In this document: positions 9,913 to 18,722 of the stretch, one piece after another
How positions within the stretch are numbered: the stretch's first letter is position 1
Layout: every line of letters starts with the position of its first letter
Virus record (IMG/VR): IMGVR_UViG_3300031718_000003
Span: 10,760 to 74,759 of that record
DNA length: 64,000 bases
Reading direction: 5' to 3' (one strand)
Origin: a virus
Made by a program: the position numbers and the translations under genes
The notes under the pieces: model-generated
Database searches by the model: none
Seen by the model: only the letters and a program-made list of their open reading frames with translations
What the model was told of the DNA's origin: nothing

Positions 9913-10202
9913 TTTACCGGCTCGACATACTCGGCGGGCATCAACCGCACGCGGTTCGCGATGATTTGGCCGACGTGATTCACTTTAGCGGGAATCTCAA
10001 TGTGCGCGAGGCCGTTCTCGATCTTGATGAGCTTGCCGATTATTTCCATGCTCGGGTCGAACGCTGTGGGACCGCGGTAGCGCACGGCATCGCCGGGCCG
10101 GAGATGCGGGTGCAGGATGAGATTCTTGACGCGCTCGGCTTCGCCCGCCTGGCGCGCCGTCCACAGTTCGGCTTGGGTTGGGGCTACCATAGATCCATCC
10201 AA
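9909..10202 (-). CDS. Hypothetical protein
   Basis: 97 aa, stop overlaps the next start. Confidence 0.5.
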   Translation of the reverse strand: MDGSMVAPTQAELWTARQAGEAERVKNLILHPHLRPGDAVRYRGPTAFDPSMEIIGKLIKIENGLAHIEIPAKVNHVGQIIANRVRLMPAEYVEPVK

Positions 10203-10290
10203 ATAAAAGACGGGGCCTTGCCTGGCAATTGATCGCGGATGGCTCGTTCGGACACTCTGCGCCGACGGCAGGTAGGGCGGAAGCCTAACG

Positions 10291-11721
10291 TCACGTCATC
10301 CAGCTCCGATCCCCGCCTGGCACATGGACAGCCGACGGCCTCGGCTGCGGCTTCGATGTCAAAGTTTTCAGACCCGTGGTGGACAGGACGTACCGGACGC
10401 AATCCATCAAATGGTCGTTTTTCTTCACGATCTTGCCCTTCTCGTCCCGATGATAGCGCGAGATCTCGCGGCGAAAGTTCTGAAGATGCTCCTGAACCTT
10501 CAACCTCCCCGATACCAGCCGCTCCCACACGATTTGAATGCCGGTCTCGACAGCGTTCTCACAGGGATGGAGCATCAGACCGGCCTTGCGGTAATGCTCC
10601 ATCAGAGAACGGCCATCCACCTGCGAGCTTTGGAGGCAGCCGGGATCGACTACGCCATGTATCCACTCGCCCCTGGCGCGGATCGCCATCGCGTGGGAAG
10701 CTGGCTCGCCGGCGCTTTGATAGTGTTCGTCGTAGAGGACCAACTGCCCGTTGCCGGGATTCTCGGCCGCCCACAAGGCCGCCGTGAGCCGCCAGCCCAC
10801 ATCGAGTGCATAGACGCGCCGCCAGGAGGCGGGAATGGGCGCGGTCTTGATCAGGAAGTCCTCTTCCGGCAGGGGATAGATGGCGCCCGCGCCGAGCGAC
10901 GGCTCGCCGAGTGTCCGCGCTTTGATCTGGTAGGCGGGAGTCGTGGCAATCAGGATGTCCTTCTCCGCCTGCTCCATGTGCGGAACGTCCTTCCAACCGG
11001 CCTGTATCCAGAATTTGTGCGCCGCGGCGCCTTCCTTCGGCTCCAGAAATCCGGTTACAACCTCACTCATGCCCTGGAGCGGCGTGAAAGTGGTGTAGAG
11101 AATCCCGCGGGTTGTGACGGTGCGAAACAGGATCTCGGTATAGATGTCCTCCGGAGGCTCTTCGTCGAGCCATGCGAAGTCCAGTGAGACTCCCTCGAAG
11201 CTCTTCCGGCCCTGCTCGTAGGTCTTCAGCCCAACGCTCGACCAGGCGCCAGAGACGTGCTTTACCCAGATCGTCTCGATCGATCCGCTGAGACCTGAGC
11301 GGCGCGGAAGCGTCTTCACGATCCGGTCCGCCGGGATCATGCCAGTGCCCTGCGCTTCGAGTGTGCCTGCGAGTTTGAACTGCACGATATTGCGAGTGCT
11401 CTCCGAGGTCGTGCCGCACGCCCAGCCCGCGGTAGGTCCACTGAAGCGCTTCCCCGTCCACCACACCGGATAATTTCCAGTTAGATGACAGGCGGTCTCG
11501 TACGCGCCCGCATCTGACTTCCCGATGCGATTCGCGGCGCAGAATAATCTTTCCTTGTACGTCGCGCCGGCGGCGAAGAATTCGAGCTGCTTCGGATAAA
11601 GCGCGCGCCGGCGCGGCCCCGTCTCCGGGAAATATCCCCGCCACTTGTTGCGCTTCTGGAAGTCCAGGGCCGCCTGAATGGTGCCCAGATCGACCATGTC
11701 CGGTAAGCTGACAACGGTCAC
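10291..11721 (-). CDS. terL: Terminase large subunit
   Basis: Walker A AANRIGKS, Walker B AWLDEEPP, coupling motif TTFTP, nuclease motifs ALDVGW and NDHLMDCVRY; probable GTG start at 11721 (ORF track extends to 11832). Confidence 0.95.
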   Translation of the reverse strand: MTVVSLPDMVDLGTIQAALDFQKRNKWRGYFPETGPRRRALYPKQLEFFAAGATYKERLFCAANRIGKSDAGAYETACHLTGNYPVWWTGKRFSGPTAGWACGTTSESTRNIVQFKLAGTLEAQGTGMIPADRIVKTLPRRSGLSGSIETIWVKHVSGAWSSVGLKTYEQGRKSFEGVSLDFAWLDEEPPEDIYTEILFRTVTTRGILYTTFTPLQGMSEVVTGFLEPKEGAAAHKFWIQAGWKDVPHMEQAEKDILIATTPAYQIKARTLGEPSLGAGAIYPLPEEDFLIKTAPIPASWRRVYALDVGWRLTAALWAAENPGNGQLVLYDEHYQSAGEPASHAMAIRARGEWIHGVVDPGCLQSSQVDGRSLMEHYRKAGLMLHPCENAVETGIQIVWERLVSGRLKVQEHLQNFRREISRYHRDEKGKIVKKNDHLMDCVRYVLSTTGLKTLTSKPQPRPSAVHVPGGDRSWMT

Positions 11722-12143
11722 TAGCCTCCCGAGTCCGCAATCGCCTCGCGAATCTGTTGCGCCGCGAGGCCGGGCCACTGCGCTTCCGGCATCCGCACGT
11801 ACGTCCATGCGTCGAGGCCGGCAATGCGCCACTGCCCGCGCGGCGTCTGGTAGAAATATTGCTCCGCGTTTGCCGAGTAGGGTCCCGTTCCATAGGGATT
11901 TTCAGCCTTGATCTGCCCGTTCCCGAACGTTTCAGCCATATACTGGGCCGTCGCCTCGGTCGCAAAATACATGGGATTCAGGCCCGTCGATTGCCCCGTC
12001 TGTGAATTGGTTACCGCCGGCACGATGAACGTAGGGACAAACGGAGGCGCAACCGGAGCCGCGCCCGGCGTGGGAGCAGGCGAGGGCGCAGGTCCGGAGA
12101 TCTCAAATGGTCCCCAGGTGGGGGGCGGCGTGGAATTACTCAC
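11721..12143 (-). CDS. Hypothetical Pro-rich protein between terS and terL
   Basis: 140 aa, AAGGA RBS upstream, stop overlaps terL start. Confidence 0.6.
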   Translation of the reverse strand: MSNSTPPPTWGPFEISGPAPSPAPTPGAAPVAPPFVPTFIVPAVTNSQTGQSTGLNPMYFATEATAQYMAETFGNGQIKAENPYGTGPYSANAEQYFYQTPRGQWRIAGLDAWTYVRMPEAQWPGLAAQQIREAIADSGG

Positions 12144-12223
12144 AATGTGTTTTCCTTTTTTGCTTCGTGGTCAGTAGACTGCGCTCTCAGCGATCCGCCG
12201 TTTGCGTTCGGACCCGTCAAGAG

Positions 12224-12408
12224 ACTCGAGGTGCAGTTTTCCCTTGCATTTCCACTGATTCCCATTTAGACTGTAAAGCGTTGATAGAGCGCAGTTTATG
12301 TGAAAATATTTCATTGAACACTTATCGCCCCCCGATAAGTGTTCCGTTCGATTTCCCAATGTTTTGGCACTTTGTCGATTTGCGCTCGGCTGGGCATAGA
12401 AAAACAGG
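12224..12408. repeat. ~185-bp near-identical copy of 30018-30202 (AT-rich, origin-like part of the replication gene)
   Basis: Direct sequence identity with a few substitutions. Confidence 0.95.
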
Positions 12409-12426
12409 AAATCAGCGTTGTCTTTA

Positions 12427-12463
12427 GTTGCAATATCCAGCTCACGGAAGAAGGTAGTGAGAC
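12427..12463 (+). CRISPR. Solitary CRISPR repeat (GTTGCAATATCCAGCTCACGGAAGAAGGTAGTGAGAC)
   Basis: 36/37 identical to array repeat variant 51201-51237; abuts the terS stop codon. Confidence 0.95.
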
Positions 12464-13045
12464 TCAGCTTCTGCTTTGCGCTCTCATCAGTTTCTGCTTT
12501 GCGCCCTCAAGCTCCTCTGCTGTAAATAGCTCCGCGAGCGCCGTAACGGCTACTGGGATCGCTTGGCCGCCTGGTCCGCTCAGTTCTTTGCGATCCACCC
12601 AGTCGCCCATCTCGTGCGCCACCTGTTCCTCGTGGAGGCGCATCTCGCGCAGTATCCCGGTATCGACGAGGAACTCTTCTACGACTTGGCTCTCATCGCC
12701 CGCGCCGATCGACTTCAGTTGGCAGATAACCAGCCCGGTGCTGCCGCCTGGCGCTTTGCCGGCCAGCTTCGCGGCACGCTCACGGACGACCTGGTCCATG
12801 AGTGCGAGCCGCCGGTTCAGCCGCGCGAGGCGAACTTCCTTGACCGCAGCGCCGGACTCCTTCACGCGCTTGCGCCATTCCCCGACCCAGTGGTCCACCT
12901 CGCGGGCGAACTCCGGGGTGGCCTTCCAGCGTTGGATCTGCCGCGCGCTCACTCCGAGCCGCTTGCCGATTTCATCGTTCGTCAGGCCGCCGAGCGACAC
13001 CATGCGCGCGGCTTTGTAACGCGTTTTATCCCAGGCCCAGTCCAC
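12464..13045 (-). CDS. terS: Terminase small subunit (N-terminal HTH)
   Basis: LTNDEIGKRLGVSARQIQRWK HTH and C-terminal ELSGPGGQAI motif; upstream of terL. Confidence 0.8.
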   Translation of the reverse strand: MDWAWDKTRYKAARMVSLGGLTNDEIGKRLGVSARQIQRWKATPEFAREVDHWVGEWRKRVKESGAAVKEVRLARLNRRLALMDQVVRERAAKLAGKAPGGSTGLVICQLKSIGAGDESQVVEEFLVDTGILREMRLHEEQVAHEMGDWVDRKELSGPGGQAIPVAVTALAELFTAEELEGAKQKLMRAQSRS

Positions 13046-13049
13046 GAGT

Positions 13050-13254
13050 TAGCGCACCCGGGGCACAGACCCCATCGAGCCACTGAAGATGCCGAAGACA
13101 CTCAGCAGCCACAGCACGACGCAGATGATAACCACGACGTTCAGGAAGTTCTTGATGGGCGGGGCCATCGGAATTAGGGCGCATGTCATTCAAGGTCATC
13201 CCACAAAAGCAGCACTATGACGACCAGGGTGATGATGAGACTGATAATCGGCAT
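13050..13254 (-). pseudogene. Frameshifted Thivi_2564-like small membrane protein
   Basis: MPIISLIITLVVIVLLLW, then a stop and frame change, then IPMAPPIKNFLNVVVIICVVLWLLSVFG in another frame. Confidence 0.55.
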
Positions 13255-13301
13255 GGCTTTTTTGTTCCTTTTTCAGACATTCCCATTTAGACTGTAAAGC
13301 G

Positions 13302-13338
13302 GTTGCAATATCCAGCTCACGGAAGAAGGTAGTGAGAC
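13302..13338 (+). CRISPR. Second solitary CRISPR repeat, identical to 12427-12463
   Basis: Exact 37-nt copy. Confidence 0.95.
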
Positions 13339-13341
13339 TTT

Positions 13342-13740
13342 TCAGACCTTGGCAGTTTCCGCCGGCAGCATGGGAAGTATGATCGGCGCCGTATCTCCCG
13401 GGCTCAAAGCAACGAGTTTGGCCATTCCCTGTCGCAGCAATTCCATGCGAATCGTTTCCATCAGCACCATCTGATGTGTCGCGGCTTGGCGGGCGAGCTC
13501 GGCAACCTCCTTGGCGGACGTCACCGCTGTTGCGTTGACAACGGTCGCGGCTTCGAGACGGTTCATTTGGTCCTTCAGGCTCGAGCCGGTATCCGTTTTG
13601 AATTCCATCGCCATCGCGAGAAGCACGGGATGCAGCCTGGCGACCACGCCGAGAAAACTAATCAGCTTCCAGAGCGCGGCAAAAATAGCGATTGTGCTTA
13701 CAGCGCAGCCAGCGACCGCGGCTAAGGTTACCCAGTTCAT
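13342..13740 (-). CDS. Membrane-anchored hypothetical protein
   Basis: N-terminal TM segment and a GSSLKDQMNRLE motif, as seen in phage lysis-region membrane proteins. Confidence 0.6.
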   Translation of the reverse strand: MNWVTLAAVAGCAVSTIAIFAALWKLISFLGVVARLHPVLLAMAMEFKTDTGSSLKDQMNRLEAATVVNATAVTSAKEVAELARQAATHQMVLMETIRMELLRQGMAKLVALSPGDTAPIILPMLPAETAKV

Positions 13741-14286
13741 TCACTCCCTCCCCACTGGCTGATCTTCGCGCGGTGAGCCATCCGCCGTTTGCGCCTGAAC
13801 TGTTCGCTACCATCTAGATAAGGCAGCGCGAGCGCCGCCGCACGCAGCCCGAAAAAGAAGACGGCAACCACCACGATGACAACAACGTCAGTCATTCTCT
13901 GCCCAACCGGTACTCCGCCATCCCCAGCTCGCAGACGACCGACATCTTGCGGCACAGGACTCCCAACCGTATGAGCACCTGCTCATGCGGTAGGCGCCGG
14001 TATTCGGCGTCAGACGCGGCCACCCTGATCTCGGCGCGCAGCATCTGGAAGCGTGCAAGCAGTGACTCCGCCGGAGGCTCGTAGTCGCGCGAGAAGGCCG
14101 CAGCGAGCTCCGCGGCTTCGCTCTCGTCCTGCGCCATAGATTTCACTGCGCTTAAAGCGGTCATCGATCGCCCGCGTCCTGCCTTCGTTTTGGGCTGCGC
14201 CCGCATCGCTGAAAAAGGAGAGTTGCGCTCGGTTCAAAATCGCGATATGCTCTTTCGGTCCGCGTCCCTCGCGAAGGACTACGGCA

Positions 14287-14928
14287 TCACTTATCGATGT
14301 CGATAAGTGACTGGCTGGCCGCGCCCGCGCCTCTTTGGGGATCTGACACGGTAAAGCCGGTCCCGCGCCCGCCGAGCGCTACGGCTGTTTCACAGTCGTT
14401 CGCGCCAACTCGCACCACGTCGTGATCACGGACCAGAAGCTGGTACCAAGCGGGCATTCCCGCGGGCGCTTTCTTCTGCGCCAGTGGCAGCAGCGTGTTG
14501 AGCACCCCGGCTGCTACATTGCCCGTCTTCACCAGCGAGGGCTTCGCTTTTACGACGTCCAGATTCATCAACGCAGCCAGGCCCGCCGCGGCGTAGGAGC
14601 CATACGCAAACGCCTGCGCCCAGAACGACTGTGTCTCGACGGTGGCTAGCAAATCGTTGGCTTGAGTGTTGATCAGAAAACCTATACCGTGCGCGGCCAG
14701 CTCCTGGTATATCTGGCCCGCCGGAACGTCCTGCTGCCCGCACGCCACAACGTTCCAGACTGTGTAACTTGGCTGATCTTCGCGCGGTGAGTAGGTACGG
14801 CTGACCGCGCCAGGCACGGGCATACTGGTCGCGACACGCGGCTCTGGCGGAAGCTTCACCGCCGCGCGACGCGCGATACACGCGGTAAGAGCCAGCAACA
14901 AAATAGGAACGAATGCGCGACGACGCAC
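14287..14928 (-). CDS. Putative lipoprotein
   Basis: MRRRAFVPILLLALTAC lipobox-like signal. Confidence 0.6.
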   Translation of the reverse strand: MRRRAFVPILLLALTACIARRAAVKLPPEPRVATSMPVPGAVSRTYSPREDQPSYTVWNVVACGQQDVPAGQIYQELAAHGIGFLINTQANDLLATVETQSFWAQAFAYGSYAAAGLAALMNLDVVKAKPSLVKTGNVAAGVLNTLLPLAQKKAPAGMPAWYQLLVRDHDVVRVGANDCETAVALGGRGTGFTVSDPQRGAGAASQSLIDIDK

Positions 14929-14931
14929 CGC

Positions 14932-15294
14932 TTAGAATTTATCCTTGTCTTTCTCGATCCAGCCCGGATCGGAGAATAATTTCCGCCACGCTTGCCTCAC
15001 GATGTGCGCTTGCTTCGCGTTGAACGTGCCCTTGGCTTCGAGCTCGTCTTTGAGACGATTCATTTCGGTCGCAACTGCGTTGAACTTCACGCGGAACTGC
15101 TCGAGCGCGTATTCGGTGGCGCGCCTGTTGGCTTCGCTGCTTTCGGATCCCCGATCCTGGAGCATCCGCGCAAACGCCTGGCGGTTGTACTCCACATCCT
15201 GTTGCGCGGTTTCCTGGTGGACCTGCTGAGCCAGGATGCTCGACGACACCAGCAAAACAAAGCAAGCGGCAACGCGAATAGCGGTGTGTGGCAC
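14932..15294 (-). CDS. Secreted hypothetical protein
   Basis: Signal-peptide-like N-terminus, helical body. Confidence 0.55.
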   Translation of the reverse strand: MPHTAIRVAACFVLLVSSSILAQQVHQETAQQDVEYNRQAFARMLQDRGSESSEANRRATEYALEQFRVKFNAVATEMNRLKDELEAKGTFNAKQAHIVRQAWRKLFSDPGWIEKDKDKF

Positions 15295-15582
15295 GGGGCA
15301 CGCTGAGGAAAAGTGGAATTGGGACTCAGGAAGATTTAAGGCAGGACGTTGCCGCTAGCCTGGGGACGGTCAAGTACAACAAACGTCACCATCGGCCAAA
15401 TAGTGTCGAGCGTCAGGACGCTTTCCAAGCCGGTCCATCCGTCCACGTAATCCACCGGGCCCAGATCGTGCCGCCTGGTGCGCAGATGAATGCGTTCCCG
15501 TGTGAATACTCCGTTTCGCCGGATCGTCTCGCGCCCCACGACGCCCACGTCGCCGGCGCTGAAAGCGGTCCGCTGATGACTG

Positions 15583-16107
15583 TCAACGTGCATGAGCGGC
15601 GCGCGCGTCCCTGCGGACGGGAATGATTTCAACGTCGGAAACATCGACTTCAGTTGACGCGCCGGAACGCAGCAGATCGATCGCTATAACCAGCCGATGC
15701 TGCTTCTTAACACGAATAAGAACGCCCTCCAGGCCTTCGAGGGGTCCGCGCTTCACCCGTACGCGCGTGCCGGCCGTGAGTCCGGCGTCCCCATGGACCG
15801 GCTGCGGGGAGCTCATGAGTAGACGAAGCGCTTCAATCTCGCTATCCGGGATCGCTTCGATTTCCATGCCATGCCCCAGAATACGCGAAACTCCGCTGAT
15901 TGAGAGCACGCTTACGCGCTGGTCGGCGGTGTCGGCAAATTGGCAAAACAGGTATCCGCGAAACAGTGGGACATCGACGAGGAGCTCGCGGCGCACGATC
16001 TGGATGCACGGAAGGAAGACGCCTAGCGCGGGCTTGCGGGTGATTTCGACAGAAACGCGTTGCTCGCAGTTGGAACGGGTCTGAACCGCATACCATCGAC
16101 TCAGCAA
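15583..16107 (-). CDS. NusG paralog (RfaH/UpxY-like antiterminator)
   Basis: WYAVQTRSNCE, PLFRGYLF (NGN domain), GTRVRVKRGPLEGLEG (KOW); upstream of late genes. Confidence 0.92.
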   Translation of the reverse strand: MLSRWYAVQTRSNCEQRVSVEITRKPALGVFLPCIQIVRRELLVDVPLFRGYLFCQFADTADQRVSVLSISGVSRILGHGMEIEAIPDSEIEALRLLMSSPQPVHGDAGLTAGTRVRVKRGPLEGLEGVLIRVKKQHRLVIAIDLLRSGASTEVDVSDVEIIPVRRDARAAHAR

Positions 16108-16306
16108 GGCAGCGCTTCGCCCCTTTCATTGCAAGCACGATCCGGTCATTTGGATATATCGGCAGGGAGGGGTACGTTGTCCCAAAATCCAAATGCTTAT
16201 GGCTTCGGGGTGAGTCGTTGTCGCACTGAAGCCGTCCGCCGTTTGCGCCTGATCACTCGAGCGCGCAAAGAACCAGGGCGCGGAGGGATAGCCAAAGCGG
16301 TAAGCG

Positions 16307-16939
16307 CTACTTGATATTCTGCGCCAACCGCGCGAGCGCGATTGCGGCAGGTGTGATCGCCGTTCTGTGGGTGGCCGCTCCCATATCCACGCCGTACGTA
16401 GGGTCCATCAGTGGATCACCGACAATGTGCGGCACGCCGAGGATGTGCCCGACTTCGTGCGCCATGATGGTGTACGCGTCCATTCGGTCTTGATCCAGGT
16501 TCGTGACTACAATTCCGCCATTCGTCGCGCACGCGATGGATTGCGGGCAGGCACAATTGTTTCGCAGTAGTTTCGGCGCCTTGATCTTTACCCCTAACGC
16601 AATCTCCCAGTCGCGCGTGGCTGTGGTGACCGCTTGGCGCAGCGTCGGGTCGAGTATTTCGTCTTCGTAACACACCTGGTCATAGAGCACCGAGAACACG
16701 CGAGCAGGAGCAAACAACGTATTCCCGCCCACCTCCGCGAATACGCCCACCGTACCTTCATTGCGCATTTCTGTCCTCACGTGGTGGCCCCACGCGACGA
16801 ATATCGCCGCGCAGATGAAGGCACCCGGAGGCGCCAGGAGCGCCACCAGCACGACGCAGTAGTACGCTCGGCGGCGGCGTTGCTCGCGACGCTTCTCGAC
16901 AAACTGTTGCACCGTCCAGGTGTCGAAATCGTGTTTCAC
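16307..16939 (-). CDS. Membrane-anchored metzincin (matrixin-like) metallopeptidase
   Basis: HEVGHILGVPH zinc motif followed by LMDP Met-turn. Confidence 0.75.
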   Translation of the reverse strand: MKHDFDTWTVQQFVEKRREQRRRRAYYCVVLVALLAPPGAFICAAIFVAWGHHVRTEMRNEGTVGVFAEVGGNTLFAPARVFSVLYDQVCYEDEILDPTLRQAVTTATRDWEIALGVKIKAPKLLRNNCACPQSIACATNGGIVVTNLDQDRMDAYTIMAHEVGHILGVPHIVGDPLMDPTYGVDMGAATHRTAITPAAIALARLAQNIK

Positions 16940-17151
16940 TTCGCCTCTTTAAACTTTCGGAACCGCGACATTTGCGGACGGAAGGGACAAATTTCCGCTT
17001 CTGCCGATATTAACGATGGTAGAACATTGTTAACCGGAAAAGGTTGACGGCCCAACTTTCGCGTTTCGCCGATTTCCCCGGTTTGGCGCGGCGTTGAGCG
17101 GTTTCCGCCACCGAAGCGCTACTCTCAAACCAAACAGAACGGAAGGGCAGA

Positions 17152-17796
17152 ATGCCATCCAAAACCAAAAACATTGACCAAAACAGCCCTATTTCAGCCC
17201 CAGTCGAACAGAATTGTCAAACTGTACGCCTCAGACGCCGAAGTTCGCCGGAACCGCCGAAACACCTCTCTCCTACGCAGCTCGAGGATCTGTTCCGCGT
17301 GATCTACTCGAAACGCGACGAGGCCATCTTTCGCATCGTCTATTGCAAAGCCCTGCGCGCGAGCGAAGTCGGCCGCCTGGAACTCAGTGACTGGGATGAA
17401 CGCGAGAAGATGCTGAGCGTACATCGACTAAAAGGATCTCGCTCGGCGGCCTTCGCGATGCACGACAAGGAGCTGCGCGCGCTGCGCGCCTGGCTAAAGG
17501 TCCGCGGCCGAGCGCCGGGCCCGCTGTTTCCCAGCCGCAACCATCGCCCAATCTCGCGCATTCGCATCTGGGAACTGATGCGGCAGTACTGCAAAGAAGC
17601 TGGCATCCCCATGCGTCTCGCACATCCGCACGCGCTCAAGCACTCCCGCGGCTCACACTTACTCGAGGAGACGGGCAAGATCCACGTGGTGCAGGACGCG
17701 TTAGGACACAAAAGTATCGCGTCTACGATGATCTACGCGCAAGTTTCCAACCGCGATCGGACGGAGGCCATAGCGCTCAATCGCAATAAATACTGA
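17152..17796 (+). CDS. Small tyrosine recombinase, FimB/FimE-like
   Basis: 214 aa catalytic domain only: LRASE (R), RLKG (K), HPHALKH (HxxK variant), LGHKSIASTMIY (H,Y). Confidence 0.9.
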   Translation: MPSKTKNIDQNSPISAPVEQNCQTVRLRRRSSPEPPKHLSPTQLEDLFRVIYSKRDEAIFRIVYCKALRASEVGRLELSDWDEREKMLSVHRLKGSRSAAFAMHDKELRALRAWLKVRGRAPGPLFPSRNHRPISRIRIWELMRQYCKEAGIPMRLAHPHALKHSRGSHLLEETGKIHVVQDALGHKSIASTMIYAQVSNRDRTEAIALNRNKY

Positions 17797-17812
17797 TGCG
17801 CTCACTTTTCTC

Positions 17813-17841
17813 TTGACGCTGTTTGCGCATTCTGCTATGAT
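17813..17841 (+). promoter_or_regulatory. Sigma70-like promoter TTGACG-N17-TATGAT
   Basis: Near-consensus hexamers with 17-bp spacing, upstream of + strand ORFs 17895 and 18170. Confidence 0.65.
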
Positions 17842-17894
17842 ATCTTTGTGATCGAGAGATCAAAAGCCCGAATCCATCGGGCGGGAGAAAGAAA

Positions 17895-18134
17895 ATGAAA
17901 AAAACGTGGACTATCAACAACGGCTGGAACCGGCTTAACAATTGTGGCCAGATGATTCTTTGTGAGGTCGGCCCGCGCGACTTCGACCCAGACTGGGAAC
18001 GGCACGAACAGAATGCTGCAGCTGGTGTGCATACAGCGCCTTACGTAAACAAAGGAACCGCCTACGTTTTCGCGAGAAAGCGAGACTGGGAGGCCGCTGT
18101 CGAGTACTTGCGCGCGAACGGGTTTCTGGGCTGA
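17895..18134 (+). CDS. Hypothetical protein
   Basis: GGAG RBS, downstream of the promoter. Confidence 0.6.
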   Translation: MKKTWTINNGWNRLNNCGQMILCEVGPRDFDPDWERHEQNAAAGVHTAPYVNKGTAYVFARKRDWEAAVEYLRANGFLG

Positions 18135-18169
18135 CTGGGCTGACTCAGGAGAAAGAGGAGAAAGAAAAA

Positions 18170-18424
18170 ATGAGCCAAACAGAAACAAACACAAGATGTG
18201 CGCGCATGAAGAAGATCGGCGGAAACGAGTTTTTCTCGACATTGCGCGGAGCGAAAAGCGCCGGCAAGCGAAGGGGCTATGCGAGTGGCGCGAAAATTCT
18301 CGACACGGAAGAGGGATTCTGCCTTTTAGCTTTAGGGGAAGGCGCAAGCCAACGGTCTTATAATCTTCTGCGCCACTCCTCGACCATCGCAGAAATGCGC
18401 AATGGACGTTGGGAGGAATACTGA
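18170..18424 (+). CDS. Hypothetical protein
   Basis: GAGGAG RBS upstream. Confidence 0.6.
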   Translation: MSQTETNTRCARMKKIGGNEFFSTLRGAKSAGKRRGYASGAKILDTEEGFCLLALGEGASQRSYNLLRHSSTIAEMRNGRWEEY

Positions 18425-18565
18425 CGTGTCCCGCATGGTCAAAAGTGCGTAACAAGCTCCGCCGCGTGCCTCGGTCGCGCGAGCGATCCTCCGCATAAGC
18501 AGAGCGTCCGAAGGGAAATCGGGGCCGGGTACGTAACTCCGGCGAAAGGTTCTAACACGGAAAAA

Positions 18566-18718
18566 ATGAGCCGAACCCTGACATCGACCGCTGCTCGCCG
18601 CATGGCCGCAAGACGCAAGACCTACGCCGGCGGCAGGCCTCGTAAACCGACAGCCTGTCCGAAATGCGGCGCCGACTGCAAATCCTACCGCCTCGCCCAG
18701 GTCCACTGCGCCCGCTGA
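18566..18718 (+). CDS. 50-aa AT-hook / Zn-finger-like peptide (not in ORF track)
   Basis: Translated by hand: MSRTLTSTAARRMAARRKTYAGGRPRKPTACPKCGADCKSYRLAQVHCAR. Confidence 0.5.
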   Translation: MSRTLTSTAARRMAARRKTYAGGRPRKPTACPKCGADCKSYRLAQVHCAR

Positions 18719-18722
18719 GCCT

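Noticed and set aside
12171-12359. 62-aa ORF nearly identical to part of the replication protein
   Set aside because: By-product of the ~185-bp duplication, with a TTG start and no clear RBS
13764-13796. Possible additional bipartite element
   Set aside because: Arm B is good but arm A is degenerate and only 22 bp away; not counted
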